Source: Eledone cirrhosa (lineage: Eukaryota). From it: 64,000 nt of DNA. The DNA lies in assembly GCA_964016885.1 (NCBI GenBank), contig OZ024742.1:160022001-160086000 (forward strand). The letters run 5' to 3'. Below the pieces are notes generated by a model that was not told where the DNA came from, made no database searches, and was given only the letters and a program-made list of their open reading frames with translations. The first letter of the stretch is position 1; each line of letters opens with the position of its first letter. Positions 38,674 through 50,243 of the stretch are shown here, piece by piece. A program made the position numbers and the translations under genes.

Positions 38674-38751
38674 ACTCCAACTAATTAGTTTCTGAAAGGG
38701 GATATACATAGTGTTTAAAACCATGGATAATTCCTTTCTTCATCAGGGAGT
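38674..38751 (-). ncRNA. Type I hammerhead-like fold
   Basis: Minus strand reads ACTCC-CTGATGA-aGAAAGG...CCTTTCa-GAAA-CTAATTAG-TT-GGAGT. GUU site and A.A closing mismatch in stem II. Confidence 0.65.
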
Positions 38752-39180
38752 CAATTCTCTGCTAAGATCCCAGGCGATAGGCAGACACAGGGATCTCAAA
38801 CAAAAATAATTCAGTGAATGGAAAAGAAGCAAGCGCGGACTAAATTTCAAGACACTGAAAATTTCACTACCTTCCCGGTCAGTGACAAATTCAAAAGAAT
38901 CAATCACGTGACATCGAGGTTAATCAGTGAGGAGTGGGGTGCTAAAAAGACAGTAGCCAAAATATTACTATGAATCTTAGCAGTAATTCAGGCGAATTTT
39001 GCTCAACAAATAATTTGGAGATAATTATAAAGAATTAGTATATCTACCAACATATTTATACAGAAGTATACTTATGCTAGCAAGATATAGGTTTCGTCTT
39101 AGTAACTTTGTGGTTCAATACAAAAATGTAGAACAATTATATGAAAGACGTAAAATAAGAAAATTATAATAATTAACTTA

Positions 39181-39221
<41 letters not shown>

Positions 39222-39441
39222 ATATATATATATATGTCTATATTTATATATATATATATATATTTCCCTGTTACTTCCTCTCATCACTCTTTACTTTCTA
39301 TTTATCTTATATTTCTATGTTCTGATGAAGAACTAGTGTCTGAAAGGTTAAGACTCTTCCTACTATTTCAAGTGTTCAATTAATATATTTCTTCCATGTA
39401 CTGAGCCATTTGTTTTGTTATTTTTTATTATTTTGTGATTA

Positions 39442-39476
<35 letters not shown>

Positions 39477-39478
<2 letters not shown>

Positions 39479-39806
39479 TATTAGTATTGGTGCTCTGAAA
39501 TAGTGATGTGTATATGAATGTATGTATAGTATATTTGATAATATACTGTATGTTTAATTAAAAACATTCACTATGAATTTTTAAGTACTGACTATGTCAC
39601 TTACTTATTCTCGGCAAAAACAAAGGGGAGTAATCGATAGTCCTGTTTCTTACTTGTTAGGGGTTATCATGACTACTTTCCTCTTCGCTTCTGCTGAGAA
39701 TTATAGAAGCTGGATTCTTATAGAATTCCAGTAATGTTTAAGAACTGATTAAACAGAGCGGTTGCTGGTCCAGTAAAAGTTAGGTATTAGTATTGGTGCT
39801 CTGAAA
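39477..39806 (-). mobile_element. Diverged monomer (306 bp plus terminal direct repeat) of the 310-bp retrozyme-like family, hammerhead core decayed
   Basis: Shares gctctgaaatag, ttctcg..aaaa, gtaatc...gactac and agagcggttgc.ggtcc in the same order. ggtattagtattggtgctctgaaa is repeated at 39477 and 39783. Confidence 0.75.
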
Positions 39807-40189
39807 GGACTGTATTAACTGTTGTAGGAGTTTATACCACCATCCATTTGGTATCAATGTAGGCTACAGAATATATGTATCAACCAATTGGAGTGTGAAA
39901 TTACACGTTTTTCTTTTTTGAACAGTTTAAAGCCAATTGAAATTACATAACGTAACTTTTTAAGATTGTTAAATAAGTACCAGTCCAGTACTGAGAACAA
40001 TTTGTTCTCTATATCTCTCTCTCACTTTCTCTCTCCCTCACTGGAATAAATCGGCTGTATTCAGATGTGAAGAAGTGATGGGCTCTGTCAGGTTTAAAGA
40101 GCCCTAAACACACTCTATGTCACTATAGTGCCCTTACAACTCCATCTGGAGTTACAGGTCTATACATACATGTCATGACCAGATGTCCT

Positions 40190-40378
40190 ATTGTATCTGG
40201 TAAAGGCTTTATCTCACATAATTATCTAACATAATTTCGAATTATCAGATTTTGATATTATTTATTTTGAGAATAATACCTTAACATCAGTATGAGCAGC
40301 TGCTTACAACCGGTTTGAACAGAAAGAAGTGTGAGAATTGTAGCCAGATATGGCCGGGTTAAATGCTAAAGGTTTAAA
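40190..40378. mobile_element. piggyBac-type MITE fragment (same family as 50018-50243)
   Basis: ggtaaaggc...ttttgagaataatacc...ttaaatgctaaagg.ttaa. Confidence 0.7.
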
Positions 40379-40815
40379 AAATATTATATATGATAATAAA
40401 AGTACATTACTAGAAATCCCGTATGTTATAAAATAAATGTAAACTAAATGACTAATTTTTTATTTTTTTTTATTTTTTTTTTTACATCAACAGAGACAGC
40501 CTAGAATAATTACCAATTTTCCATCCCACCCCCGCTTATTCTAACTACCCTACTTATTCCACCCCCGGCTTATTCCAAACACCCTATTATTTGGGACCTG
40601 AGAGTAGTTGAAGAAAATGGTGTTACATAATAGAACTTTTGAATTTAGATATAAACATATTAAAATTAGAGGTTTAGTATTACATGACCAGGGACAGTTT
40701 CTAGCAGTTTTGTGTCAAAAGAGCCAATATGGCATGTTGTTACATATTCGCTGAAACTTTTGTCAAAAATAAAAATAAAACATTCTGAAACTGATAATTT
40801 TTTGTTTTTTTTCAG

Positions 40816-40946
40816 GCAATAATTTATTACTGTGTGAGAAAGAAATTACCCAGATAACTAACTTCCACCTAGGTGCTTCACTTATTTCACAGATTAATGT
40901 TGAAACAACTAAACATCTAGTCTTCCCAACAATACTGCCACCAGAA
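40816..40946 (+). CDS. Host pseudokinase exon (subdomains VIb-VIII)
   Basis: ttttttcag|GC...CCAGAA|gtaagt, 131 nt, phase 1-0. Reads (C)NNLLLCEKEITQITNFHLGASLISQINVETTKHLVFPTILPPE, with NFH at the DFG position and PPE at APE. Confidence 0.9.
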
Positions 40947-41114
40947 GTAAGTAGCTTCTCTTTTCTTGAAAAATATTAATTATATTTAGGTAAAACTATT
41001 CCACATTACACATTGTGTGTGTAACAAGGCTGGGACTTTGAATTACAAATACAGTCCATTCAGTAGACTTCCAGTTTCCTTCTTCCCAATTTCACTTACA
41101 AAACATGGATTGAC

Positions 41115-41635
41115 CCTCCATCAGGCATCTACCATACTCTGAACACCTTGTTTCCCTGGACATGGATACATTAAGACTCCAATGTCTGGTAACTGACTTG
41201 GTAGACACCCACAAGATTGTTATCCATCTTTCCAACAAGAAACCTGAGCACCTTTTTGAATTCCATGTGTCTAACACCCGTGGACATGCTTACAAAATCA
41301 GAAAACAGTACAGCTCCCATGACTTTCGAAAACATTTTTTCATGCTCAGAGTTGCTGAAGCATGGAACAAAATACCTGCATCAGTTGTTAGCTGTTGGGA
41401 CATTGCATCCTTCAAAACTTATATGGTCCCCAAAATTCACCAACAATACACCTGATGTTACCGCTCCATACACAGGCATGCAAGTGTGTGTGTGTCTATG
41501 TGTGTGTCTATGTGTATATCATGACTCATACACTGTTCACTTTCTTGACATTTGTACATTATTCTATGTACTATACATGCACCTTTGATGAGCTGTAGTG
41601 CACCTGAGCACTGTACACAATAATTTTCATTATTA
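41115..41635 (+). mobile_element. CR1-clade LINE 3' fragment
   Basis: TRGHAYKIRKQ...RKHFF.LRVAEAWNKIP..VV...SFK. Confidence 0.85.
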
Positions 41636-41636
41636 T

Positions 41637-41816
41637 GGGTTGGCAGTATCGGTAGAGGGTCGGACGCCATGCTTTGCAGCATAGAGTTACACCCCTTTAC
41701 GGTCTGAGTTCAAATCCCGCCGAGGTTAACTTTGCCTTTCATCCTTACGGGGTCGATAAAATAAAGTACCAGTAATGTACTGGGTAATTGCTGGCCTTGT
41801 GCCAAAAGAAACAATT
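41637..41816 (+). mobile_element. tRNA-derived SINE
   Basis: Same family as 59161-59348. Confidence 0.9.
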
Positions 41817-43127
41817 ATATGGTAAATGACTCTTGACCAAGATGCCACCTAGTAGGATCGAACCCAAGACTGAATGATTACGAAGTGAACTTCTTAACGA
41901 TATGACCATGCTACATTCACGTAAGTTCATTAGAACACACATCGTATGTACAACGCTGACTTTGACAGATGGGAATAACTCAGTGTGTAATGAGTTACCT
42001 CCCATTAATTTTACAACACTACAGTTTTTTCTACGGTCTCGCATGATCGTTGTGCCCACCCTCCGCATATTTTTAAAGATATTTTTTTACACCTCCCTCC
42101 GCTTATCAAATTTTGCTAATCTATCGCCAACAAAATTTTATTTTAAGTGGTAGCATTAATTTTCTTTAAACATTAACAAACATTATACATAACAAAAAAA
42201 GTACATTGCTAGAAATCCCATGTTATATACAGGATGGGTTGGGGTCTCAATATGTAAATTAAATTACTAATTCTGATTTTAAAAAAAATATCAATGGAGA
42301 CAACCTAGAATACTTACCCCCTACCCTACCCGCCCCGCTTATTCATCCCCACCCCCACACACACCTATTATTTGGGACCCGAGAGTGAGACAAAATACCT
42401 ATATTTCAAGTGAAGTAACTTCAGATATATCATCATCGTCCTTTTACATAGTTTGTCCATACTTGCATGGATTAGATGGGTCTTTCCTAGTACAGCTCCT
42501 GTTGGCCTACTGTGTGTCTTCATCATCTTCTCTGTCAGGATCAGCGTTTTGAGATCCACTGTTACCAGGTCTTCCTTGGTCTTCCTCTATTGCAGTTTCA
42601 TTCCACTGGGAACTCCTAGGTCTTCTTCAGCTAACAATCATCATCCATACACATCATATGTCCATACCTGTGCAGTCTTCTCTCTTTCACACTGCATTTG
42701 ATTCCTCTTCTTCATCATCACTGTTTAACGTCCATTTTTCCACACTAGCATGGGTTAGACGAGTTGCCCTGTCTGGTTACAATGTCTTGCTCAAACAGAA
42801 CTGATTTTGGCTTGGTTCCTACAGCTGGATGCCCTTCCTAACACCAACCTCATTTACAGTGAGTGCTGTGTTTTGTATGGGGTTCTCTTTGGAATTACCC
42901 TAAATTGGAGTCCCCACCTCCACTATAGAGGAACTGGTCCTTGTCGACATTTGTTATTGTTATTGTTTTCTATTGTGATGTATTGCAAATTCCATTATTG
43001 TTATCCCAATTTCTTCAGTGATATCCCCTTTCCTTTACTCAATATAAACCCCACTTTGTGTTGTTTTTGTTCCTGTATTGTCCCCAATGTCTTGGGTCCT
43101 TGTGGCCAATTTTAGAAATTATAATAA

Positions 43128-43665
43128 TAATTGTTTCTACTTTGGGCACAAGGCCAGCAATTTTTGGGAGAGGGCAAATCGACCCCCAGTGCGTGACTGG
43201 TACTTTATATTATTGAGCCCCTAAAGGATGAAATGCAAAGCTAACCCCCGGTGAGATTTTAACTCAGAACGTAAAGGGCCATAACTCTATGCTGCAAATA
43301 TGTTCTCCAACGCTTTACCGATACTGCCAATCCATCGAATGATAATCATTTTAATTATTAGAGGGCGGTGGATTGGCAGAATTGGTAGTGCGTCCGATAG
43401 AATGCATTTTGGATAACTGCCCTCTGAGTTCATATCCTGCCGAAGTTAGCTTTGCCTTTCATTTTTACTTAATCTTGTAAACCCCCACTGTCCCTATCTT
43501 TGTATTGTCCCTTACATGTCAGCCCTTGTGGCCAATAAATGACATCAATATTATTATTATTATTTTTATTATTATTTGCCTTTCATCCTTACGGGGGTTG
43601 ATAAAATAAAGTACCAGTAATGCACTGGAATAATTGCTGGCCCTGTGCCAAAAATAGAAACAATT
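43128..43665. mobile_element. Cluster of SINE copies and fragments (43128-43335 on -, 43362-43460 and 43575-43665 on +)
   Basis: Shared gcctttcatcc / ataaagtaccag / ctggcc.tgtgcc..aa.tagaaac blocks. Confidence 0.75.
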
Positions 43666-43716
43666 ATTATTATTATTATTGTATTTATTTATGTTTTGTT
43701 TCTTTTTTTTTTCCAG

Positions 43717-43848
43717 TTCCAATTCAATTATGATTATTTCGCTAATGCTGATGTCTGGGGTATCTGTTGTTTGCTAAAGGAGCTCATCTCTAAAGTTGTT
43801 GTCCATGAGGATCTAATACATATGCCACGCGAACAAATCTGGTCTGCG
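43717..43848 (+). CDS. Host pseudokinase exon (subdomains IX-X)
   Basis: tttttccag|TTC...GCG|gtaaaa, 132 nt, phase 0-0. Reads FQFNYDYFANADVWGICCLLKELISKVVVHEDLIHMPREQIWSA, with ADVWG matching the DVWS motif. Confidence 0.88.
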
Positions 43849-44225
43849 GTAAAAATACATCATCATTATCATAATCATCATTATCATAATCAGTTTTATG
43901 TCCATTTTCTAGGCTGGCATGGATAGGACATGTTATGTTCTGTGACTAGACTAGACAAATGACCAGATCATGCCCATATTTTTCCATTTTGGCATTGTTT
44001 CTGTGGCTAGATGCCTTTCCTATTACTGCCCACTTTGCAGCATGTATTTGATACATTTTGTTGTGACATCAGCACTACCACTTTAGAGAATGAACTGGGT
44101 ACATTTTATTGTGGCACAAGCTCCATCCTGTTACTGAGTGGACTGGATGCATTTTATCATGACACCAAACCTACTACTTTATAGAGTGGACTGAGTGAAG
44201 TTTATCATAAAAGCAACACTACCAA

Positions 44226-44492
44226 TCATCATCATCATCATCATCATCAACGTTTAACGTCCGTGTTCCACGCTTGCATGGGTTTGGACGGGGGTAGTCC
44301 CACTTGAGGCAAGAATGATTGTCTTGCTCGCATAGGACTGTCTGGCAGGTTTTCTACAGTTGGATGTCCTTCCTAACACCAACCACATTTACAGTGTGGG
44401 TCTGGGAGGTTTTTACCGTGTTGCCTACACGGCCACATTACAGCGTGGACTGTGTGTTTTTTTGTCGTGACACCTACACGATCTCATTTGTT
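44226..44492 (-). mobile_element. RTE 3'-UTR fragment (related pieces at 42710-42870 and 51330-51500)
   Basis: (CAT)n-cgtttaacgtccgtgttccacgcttgcatgg... as at 26600. Confidence 0.9.
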
Positions 44493-45323
44493 TACAAACA
44501 TATAATGGCTATTTATTTTTATATGCTCCTCAAAAGGTCAGTGAGCCAAGTAAAGGTATTATAGGCCAACTGAATTCTTTGTACATAAACACACTGAGTG
44601 TTTTTAGTTTATAATAGGCACACTCTGTCACTGCATGTTGTAGGAGACAATTAGAAAGGTTGGTGCCAAGAAGGGCATCCTGCTGTAAAACAATGCTTTA
44701 AAAAGGGCTCCACGATGAATATAATTAAATCCATATTGGCTTTGCATCATAGAATCAGTAGCAGTTTCATTCAGACACTTTGATGTCAAAAGAGTTGACA
44801 GTAGGTTGTGATTTAAAGGGTATTTGGCTGCTATTTCTAGTAGGTTGAACAACCAAATAAGTGTTCCCTCATTGGCTTGAGAATTCTATTGTTTCATGTA
44901 TGGATTTACTTCAGAGAAAATAGCTGGAGAAGAGTTTGCTTGATATATTAGATTTTTGTATATTCCTGAAGAAGTGCTCAATCTAAAATAATATAATTTT
45001 CTTCTTGATAATTTATTATACATCATCAGACAATTTTGTAAAATCATGCCATATATATCCCGGTTTTTAGAATCAGCACACTATACACCTGCATGTCATA
45101 TGAAGCTATTAAAAGTGTTGATATCTGAAAGAGCACCCAACTGTAAACTATTGTCTCAAAAAATCCCATCCAATTTATGCCAGCATGGATGATGATGCTG
45201 ATGATTATGTTTTAAACACTAGCTTAAAAATGGAAATGTTATTTTACTAAATACGTTTTTGATTATTCTCAAAATCATTTCATATAGTCAGTACCTTTCA
45301 TTAGAAATATTATAATGAAAGAG

Positions 45324-48300
45324 TTAACCCTTTAGCATTTACATTACTCTATATTTACTATTGTATTTTTTTAGTAAAGGCTCTCCCCCACCTTTTTTTG
45401 TGTACATCCATCCATTCACTCATTCATTTACTTCCATTCTACCTTCCTGTGTCTCCCCCTCCATGCAGCCCCTTTTTGCTTTCGTTTTCTGGCACCTCCA
45501 TAGGTGAGCTATGCGGCCCTCTTACAGCACTTTCCCTTCCACCCACACACGCCAGCCACCCAGCCCTGATGCCGCTCGGTGCCCCAGTACCTGGCCCCAC
45601 ACCCCATCCCCTACCCCTCCAAATCGACACCTGTAGCACTTGCGGCACCACTAACAAATGGAAGAGAGGCCGGAACTGTTTGGGGTGCGGCTGCTTCCAC
45701 CACGTCACCTGCGTTGGCTTGACTCGTCGAGCTTCCAATGCCCTTGCAGCATGGAGGTGCAGGAGCTGCCTCTTCCCCACGTCTTCCCAGCCATGGCCGT
45801 CTGGCACACCACCAGATGGGACAGCGAGCTCACCTGACGCCCGAGCCTCGCTGGTCAACATCGCTCGGCTCAGGCGGCTCCGGAAGATCCCACTCAGGAT
45901 CCCGAGAGCGGCACAGGTGCCGGTAGCCGATACCCTCACTTCCTCGATTGAGAGCGCCCTGGACTCCAATCGAGCCAGTGACTGGGAGCGGCTGTTCTAT
46001 TTCGCCCCACTCGCCCTCGGTCTCCCCAACTTTGGAGCTGACTGGAGCGGCCGGTCAACAGCAGCCTTCGTCAAGGCCAATGTCACGTCATTCCAAGCGT
46101 GCCCAGGGACACCCCAACCTCAGGTACACCCTATCCTCCACCCCTGAGGCCAGCGCCAAGCGTTTGCGTGACCAGGTAAACGCAAAGCTTATCATGGGTG
46201 ATGTCTCGGCCGCAGTCAGAGTTGTTGCCTCAGAGGACACTGTCCTCCAACCCACCAAGGAGGTCTTGGCTGCTCTGCGGCTCAAACACCCTGAGCCACC
46301 CACTGATCTCAGACCCATACCCCCACCTGACTCCCACTTGCTCCTTGTGGCTACTGATGCAGATATCATGTCTGCTATCAGGTCCTTCCCAGCTATCAGC
46401 TGCGGAGGTGTTGATGGTCTCCTTCCAGGCAACTTCAAGGAGTTGACATCTCCCCTCTCCGCTGAGGCCGGGTGCCACCTTCTGAGTGCAATTGTGGCGC
46501 TCGCCAATAGGCTCATTCATGGTGCCCTCGACCCTTACGCCCGAGGCCTCTTTTTTTCGGCCAGCCCCACCGCTCTCAGGAAGAAAGAGGGTGGCATACG
46601 CCCCATTGCTGTGGGCAATGTCTTCCGGAGGCTGGCTGCCAAGGTGATCTGCAAGTCCGTCACACACGAACTGGGTGAGGAGTTTAGTCTGGTGCAACTG
46701 GGTGTCGGCGTGTCCGGTGGCTGTGAGGGAGCCTCTCATGCAATCAGGCAGTTCTTCAGCAGCTGCCCATCGGTACTAGCATCCAGAGAATCCAGGCACC
46801 TCATTGTTAAGCTTGACATGAGGAATGCCTTTAACTCTTTACGCCAGGATCATCTGCTCGAGGCATGCCTCAGCCGAGCCCCCTCTGCCTACTCGCTGGC
46901 TTACCTGTCATATGGAGCTCCGAGCATGCTCTTAGCTGCTGATATGGTCATACCCTTGGCTACTGGGGTCCAACAGGGCGACCCTTTGGGATCCCTCCTG
47001 TTTGCCCTTGGTATTGACCACATCGCCCAGAGTATCATGGCCCCTCTCAACGTTTGGTATCTGGATGATGTTACATTGGGCGGGCCTGTACGGATGGTCT
47101 GCTATGACCTTCAATCGGTGATTCCTGCCCTGGCGGGAATCGGCCTCCAGGTCAACTCGGCCAAGTCGGAGGTGGTGAACGTCAGCCTCGATGCTGCGAG
47201 CTTTACAGCCTCAGTCTTGGACGTACGGACCATTTTCCGCCAGGTTCAGGTGGCCCCCAAAGAGGATGTCCTCATCCTCGGGTCACCGATCCATCCGCCG
47301 GCTATCCGCTCCACCATCAGGTTCAGGCTTCAACAGCTCCAGACTCTCACGAGCCGACTGGGCTTAATTGACGGCCACCCAGCTCTCTTTCTGCTGAGGA
47401 ACTGCTTCGCCATGCCGAAGCTCCTCTATACACTCCGCAGCGCTCCATGCTACACCCAGACATCTCTCCTCGCTGACCTCGATACTTGTATCCGAGCAGC
47501 AGTCGAGGGGATATGCAACGTCAAGTTTGACGACATAGGGTGGCAACAGGCCAGTTTACTGGTCAGGTATGGCGGCCTTGGCCTCCGGTCCCCAATCTCA
47601 CTAGCTTTGCCGGCGTATCTTTCGTCAGTAACCTCGTGCCGCGTCCTCGTCAGCAGGGTTCTTCAAAACACAACAGAACCCTCTGTGTTCAGAGAACGTG
47701 AGGCCGCCTGTGAGACGTGGGACCGGCTGGGACTTAGCCCAGTAGACATCCCTCCTCCTCCTCCCCCTGTTGACGTCAAGTCCCCCAACGCACTTGGGAT
47801 GCCATCCAGTGCAGCCTGGCCTCAGACAGGCTCACGAGCCACTCGACCAGCACCGCCTTGCTTGTTTTCGTGTGGCCTCCAAACCCCACAGTGGTGCCTG
47901 GCTCCATGCCCTGCCCTCCTTCTCCACTGGCACGCAGCGAGACAACCATAGCCTGCGAATCAGCGTTTCCCTGAGGCTCGGCCTCCGGATCTGCCAGCCA
48001 CACCAATGTCGCTGTGGTTCCACCGTGGACTCTTTCGGCCTCCACCCGCTTTCCTGTCGCCACAGTGCCGACCGCATTCCACGCTATGCTGCCTTCAACG
48101 AGGTCATTAAGCATGGCTTGGACGCTGCAAGCTTCCCTTCCCAGCTCGAGCCGGTGGGGCTAGATCGAGGGGACGGCATAAGGCCAGATGGCATGACTAT
48201 ATTCCCGTTACACAGTGGAAAACCCCTCGTCTGGGATGCCACTTGCACCGACACTTTCTGCAGTCGCAACCTGGTGCAGTCTGCGACTGACCCAGGTTCT

Positions 48301-48798
48301 GCTGCACGTCGGGCTGAGGGGGCCAAACTCCTCAAATACCGGTCGCTCTCCGACAGGTTTGCGGTAGTTCCCCGGCAGTGGAGACTTCTGGTGTCCTCAG
48401 CCCCAGGGCTACCTCCTTACTCACCACCATAGGCGCTGAGCTGGCCAGCCGCAGGTGTGAGCCCCGCGAGTTGGAGTGGCTTTTCCAGCGCATCTCCCTT
48501 GCCATGCTCCAGGGAAACGCCTTCTCCATTCTGTCCGCCGGGGCTGTGGGTGGGCCCCATCACGTACCAATACATTAGTTAAATATATGATATATCTCTA
48601 AATTATATTTTGTACAATAATAAATTATGTCATTCATAAAAAAAATTATCCCACATATCGAATCTATGAGATTTTGGTATTATTTATTTTGAGAACAATA
48701 CCTTAAAAAAGGATGAGCAGCTGGTTACAGCCGGTTTGAACAGAAAGAGATGAGAGAATTCTGGCCGGATACAACTACTTTAAATGCTAAAGGGTTAA
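45324..48798. mobile_element. piggyBac-type MITE split by the CRE insertion (45324-45382 and 48643-48798)
   Basis: TTAA|CCCTTTAGCATTTA ... TAAATGCTAAAGGG|TTAA. The two halves join to match the uninterrupted copy at 50018-50243. Confidence 0.85.
45383..48645 (+). mobile_element. CRE-like non-LTR retrotransposon (PHD finger - RT - zinc knuckle - RLE), frameshifted
   Basis: GIRPIAVG, LDMRNAFN, GVQQGDPLG, WYLDD, SGAWLHALP, CRCG..H.LSC and RPDG...LVWDATC. Poly-A at ~48637. Frameshifts at ~46130, ~47770 and ~48375. Confidence 0.9.
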
Positions 48799-48861
48799 AT
48801 ATATTTAGAATTTATGTGTGGTCCGCTTATAATTCTAACTTGATATTTTTTTATGTTTTAG

Positions 48862-48936
48862 ATGATAAAGAGAGGATGGAAATGTAAATATCAGTCAACT
48901 TTGTCTTTAAATCATATTTTCCACTATGGCTGGACT
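48862..48936 (+). CDS. Host pseudokinase exon (subdomains X-XI)
   Basis: atgttttag|ATG...ACT|gtaagt, 75 nt, phase 0-0. Reads MIKRGWKCKYQSTLSLNHIFHYGWT. Confidence 0.8.
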
Positions 48937-48999
48937 GTAAGTCACCAATCTTATTTTTGTTTGCTCAAAAAATGTGTGCATCTATGAATGTTTTTCAAC

Positions 49000-49550
49000 A
49001 TCCTAGTGTTGTAATGAGATTGTACTAGTGCTATGATAAAATATATGTAGCCCACTCTGTAAAGTGGTCATGCTGGTACCATGATAAATAGCACCCAATC
49101 TACCTTGTAAACTGGTAGTGCTTGGTGCTATGTTAAAAACCACCCTTCTAACACTTTAAAGTGGTAGAGCTGGTGTCTTAATAAAAAGTACCTAGTCCAC
49201 TCTGTAAAGTGGTCATGCTGGTACCATGATCAATAGCATCCGGTCAAACCTGTAAACTGGTAGTGCTGATGCCATGATAAAATGCACCCAGCTCACTCTG
49301 TAAAGTGGTCATGCTCATACCATAATAAAAAGCATCAAGTCTACCCTGTAACCTTGTAGTGCTGGTACCATGTCAAATAGTACCCTAGTGTTGTAATGAG
49401 ATAGTGCTCATACCACAATGAAATGCACTTAACCCACTTTGGTAGTGCTGGTGCTACATTAAAAAGCACCCTGCCCACTCTAAAATTGTAGAGCTGGTTC
49501 CACGATAAAAGGTACCGAGTCCACTCTCTAAAGTGGTAGTGCTAGTGTCA
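49000..49550. repeat. ~48-bp degenerate minisatellite
   Basis: Recurring cactctgtaaagtggt..tgctggtaccatgataaa. Confidence 0.75.
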
Positions 49551-49933
49551 TTATTATTATTTGTGTTTTTCCTCTTCTTTCAGTTTTGTTTCTATTTCTT
49601 GTTGAGTGTCCTCTCAGCACCTAGGGCAGAGAAACTCACTTGATACAAAAATAAAAATACCAGATTGTTCATGTCATGCACTTTACACAATTACATGTAT
49701 ATCATTTGCTTTATACATGTGCACATTATCTGGTTAAAATCATATTTACAACAGAATGATATTATAATTTTTAGTTCAAATCCTGCCAAAGTTAGCTTTG
49801 CCTTTCATCCTTACAGGGTCGATAAAATGAAATACCTTATAACACACAGGGGTTGATTTAATTGACATTTTCCTCCCCCAAGATTGTTGGTCTTGTTCCT
49901 AAATCAGAAACCATTATTATTTCTTTGTTTCAG

Positions 49934-50005
49934 ATTCAACCAAGGGAAAGATCAACATTGGAAACACTGCAAAAACTTATCAGGAAAAAAATGAAAACAG
50001 ACTGA
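49934..50005 (+). CDS. Host pseudokinase terminal coding exon
   Basis: tttgtttcag|ATT. Reads IQPRERSTLETLQKLIRKKMKTD*. GWT-IQPRERST matches the TK/TKL 'CWxxDPxxRPT' motif. Confidence 0.85.
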   Translation: MQPRERSTLETLQKLIRKKMKTD

Positions 50006-50017
50006 TAGACACATTGT

Positions 50018-50243
50018 TTAACCCTTGAGAATTTACATTACTCTATATTTACTATTATATTTTCATGGTAAAGGTTTTACCTCACATAATTGTCTCACAT
50101 AATATGCAACCTATGAGATTTTGATATTTATTTTGAGAACAATACCTTAACATAAGTATGAACAGCCAGTTACAGCTGGTTTGAACAGAAAGAGGTGAGA
50201 GAATTCTGGTTGGATACGGCTAGTTTAAATGCTAAAGGGTTAA
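50018..50243. mobile_element. piggyBac-type MITE 12 bp after the host stop codon
   Basis: TTAA|CCCTT...ATTTA / TAAATGCTAAAGGG|TTAA. Confidence 0.8.

Noticed and set aside
39315-39365. CTGATGA-AGA..TCT-GAAA hammerhead core
   Set aside because: Stem II is present, but no pairing stem I follows the candidate cleavage triplet. At best a decayed relic.
44915-44990. Candidate extra exon (LEKSLLDILDF...)
   Set aside because: Weak splice signals, and the flanking exons already join in phase to give a continuous kinase C-lobe.
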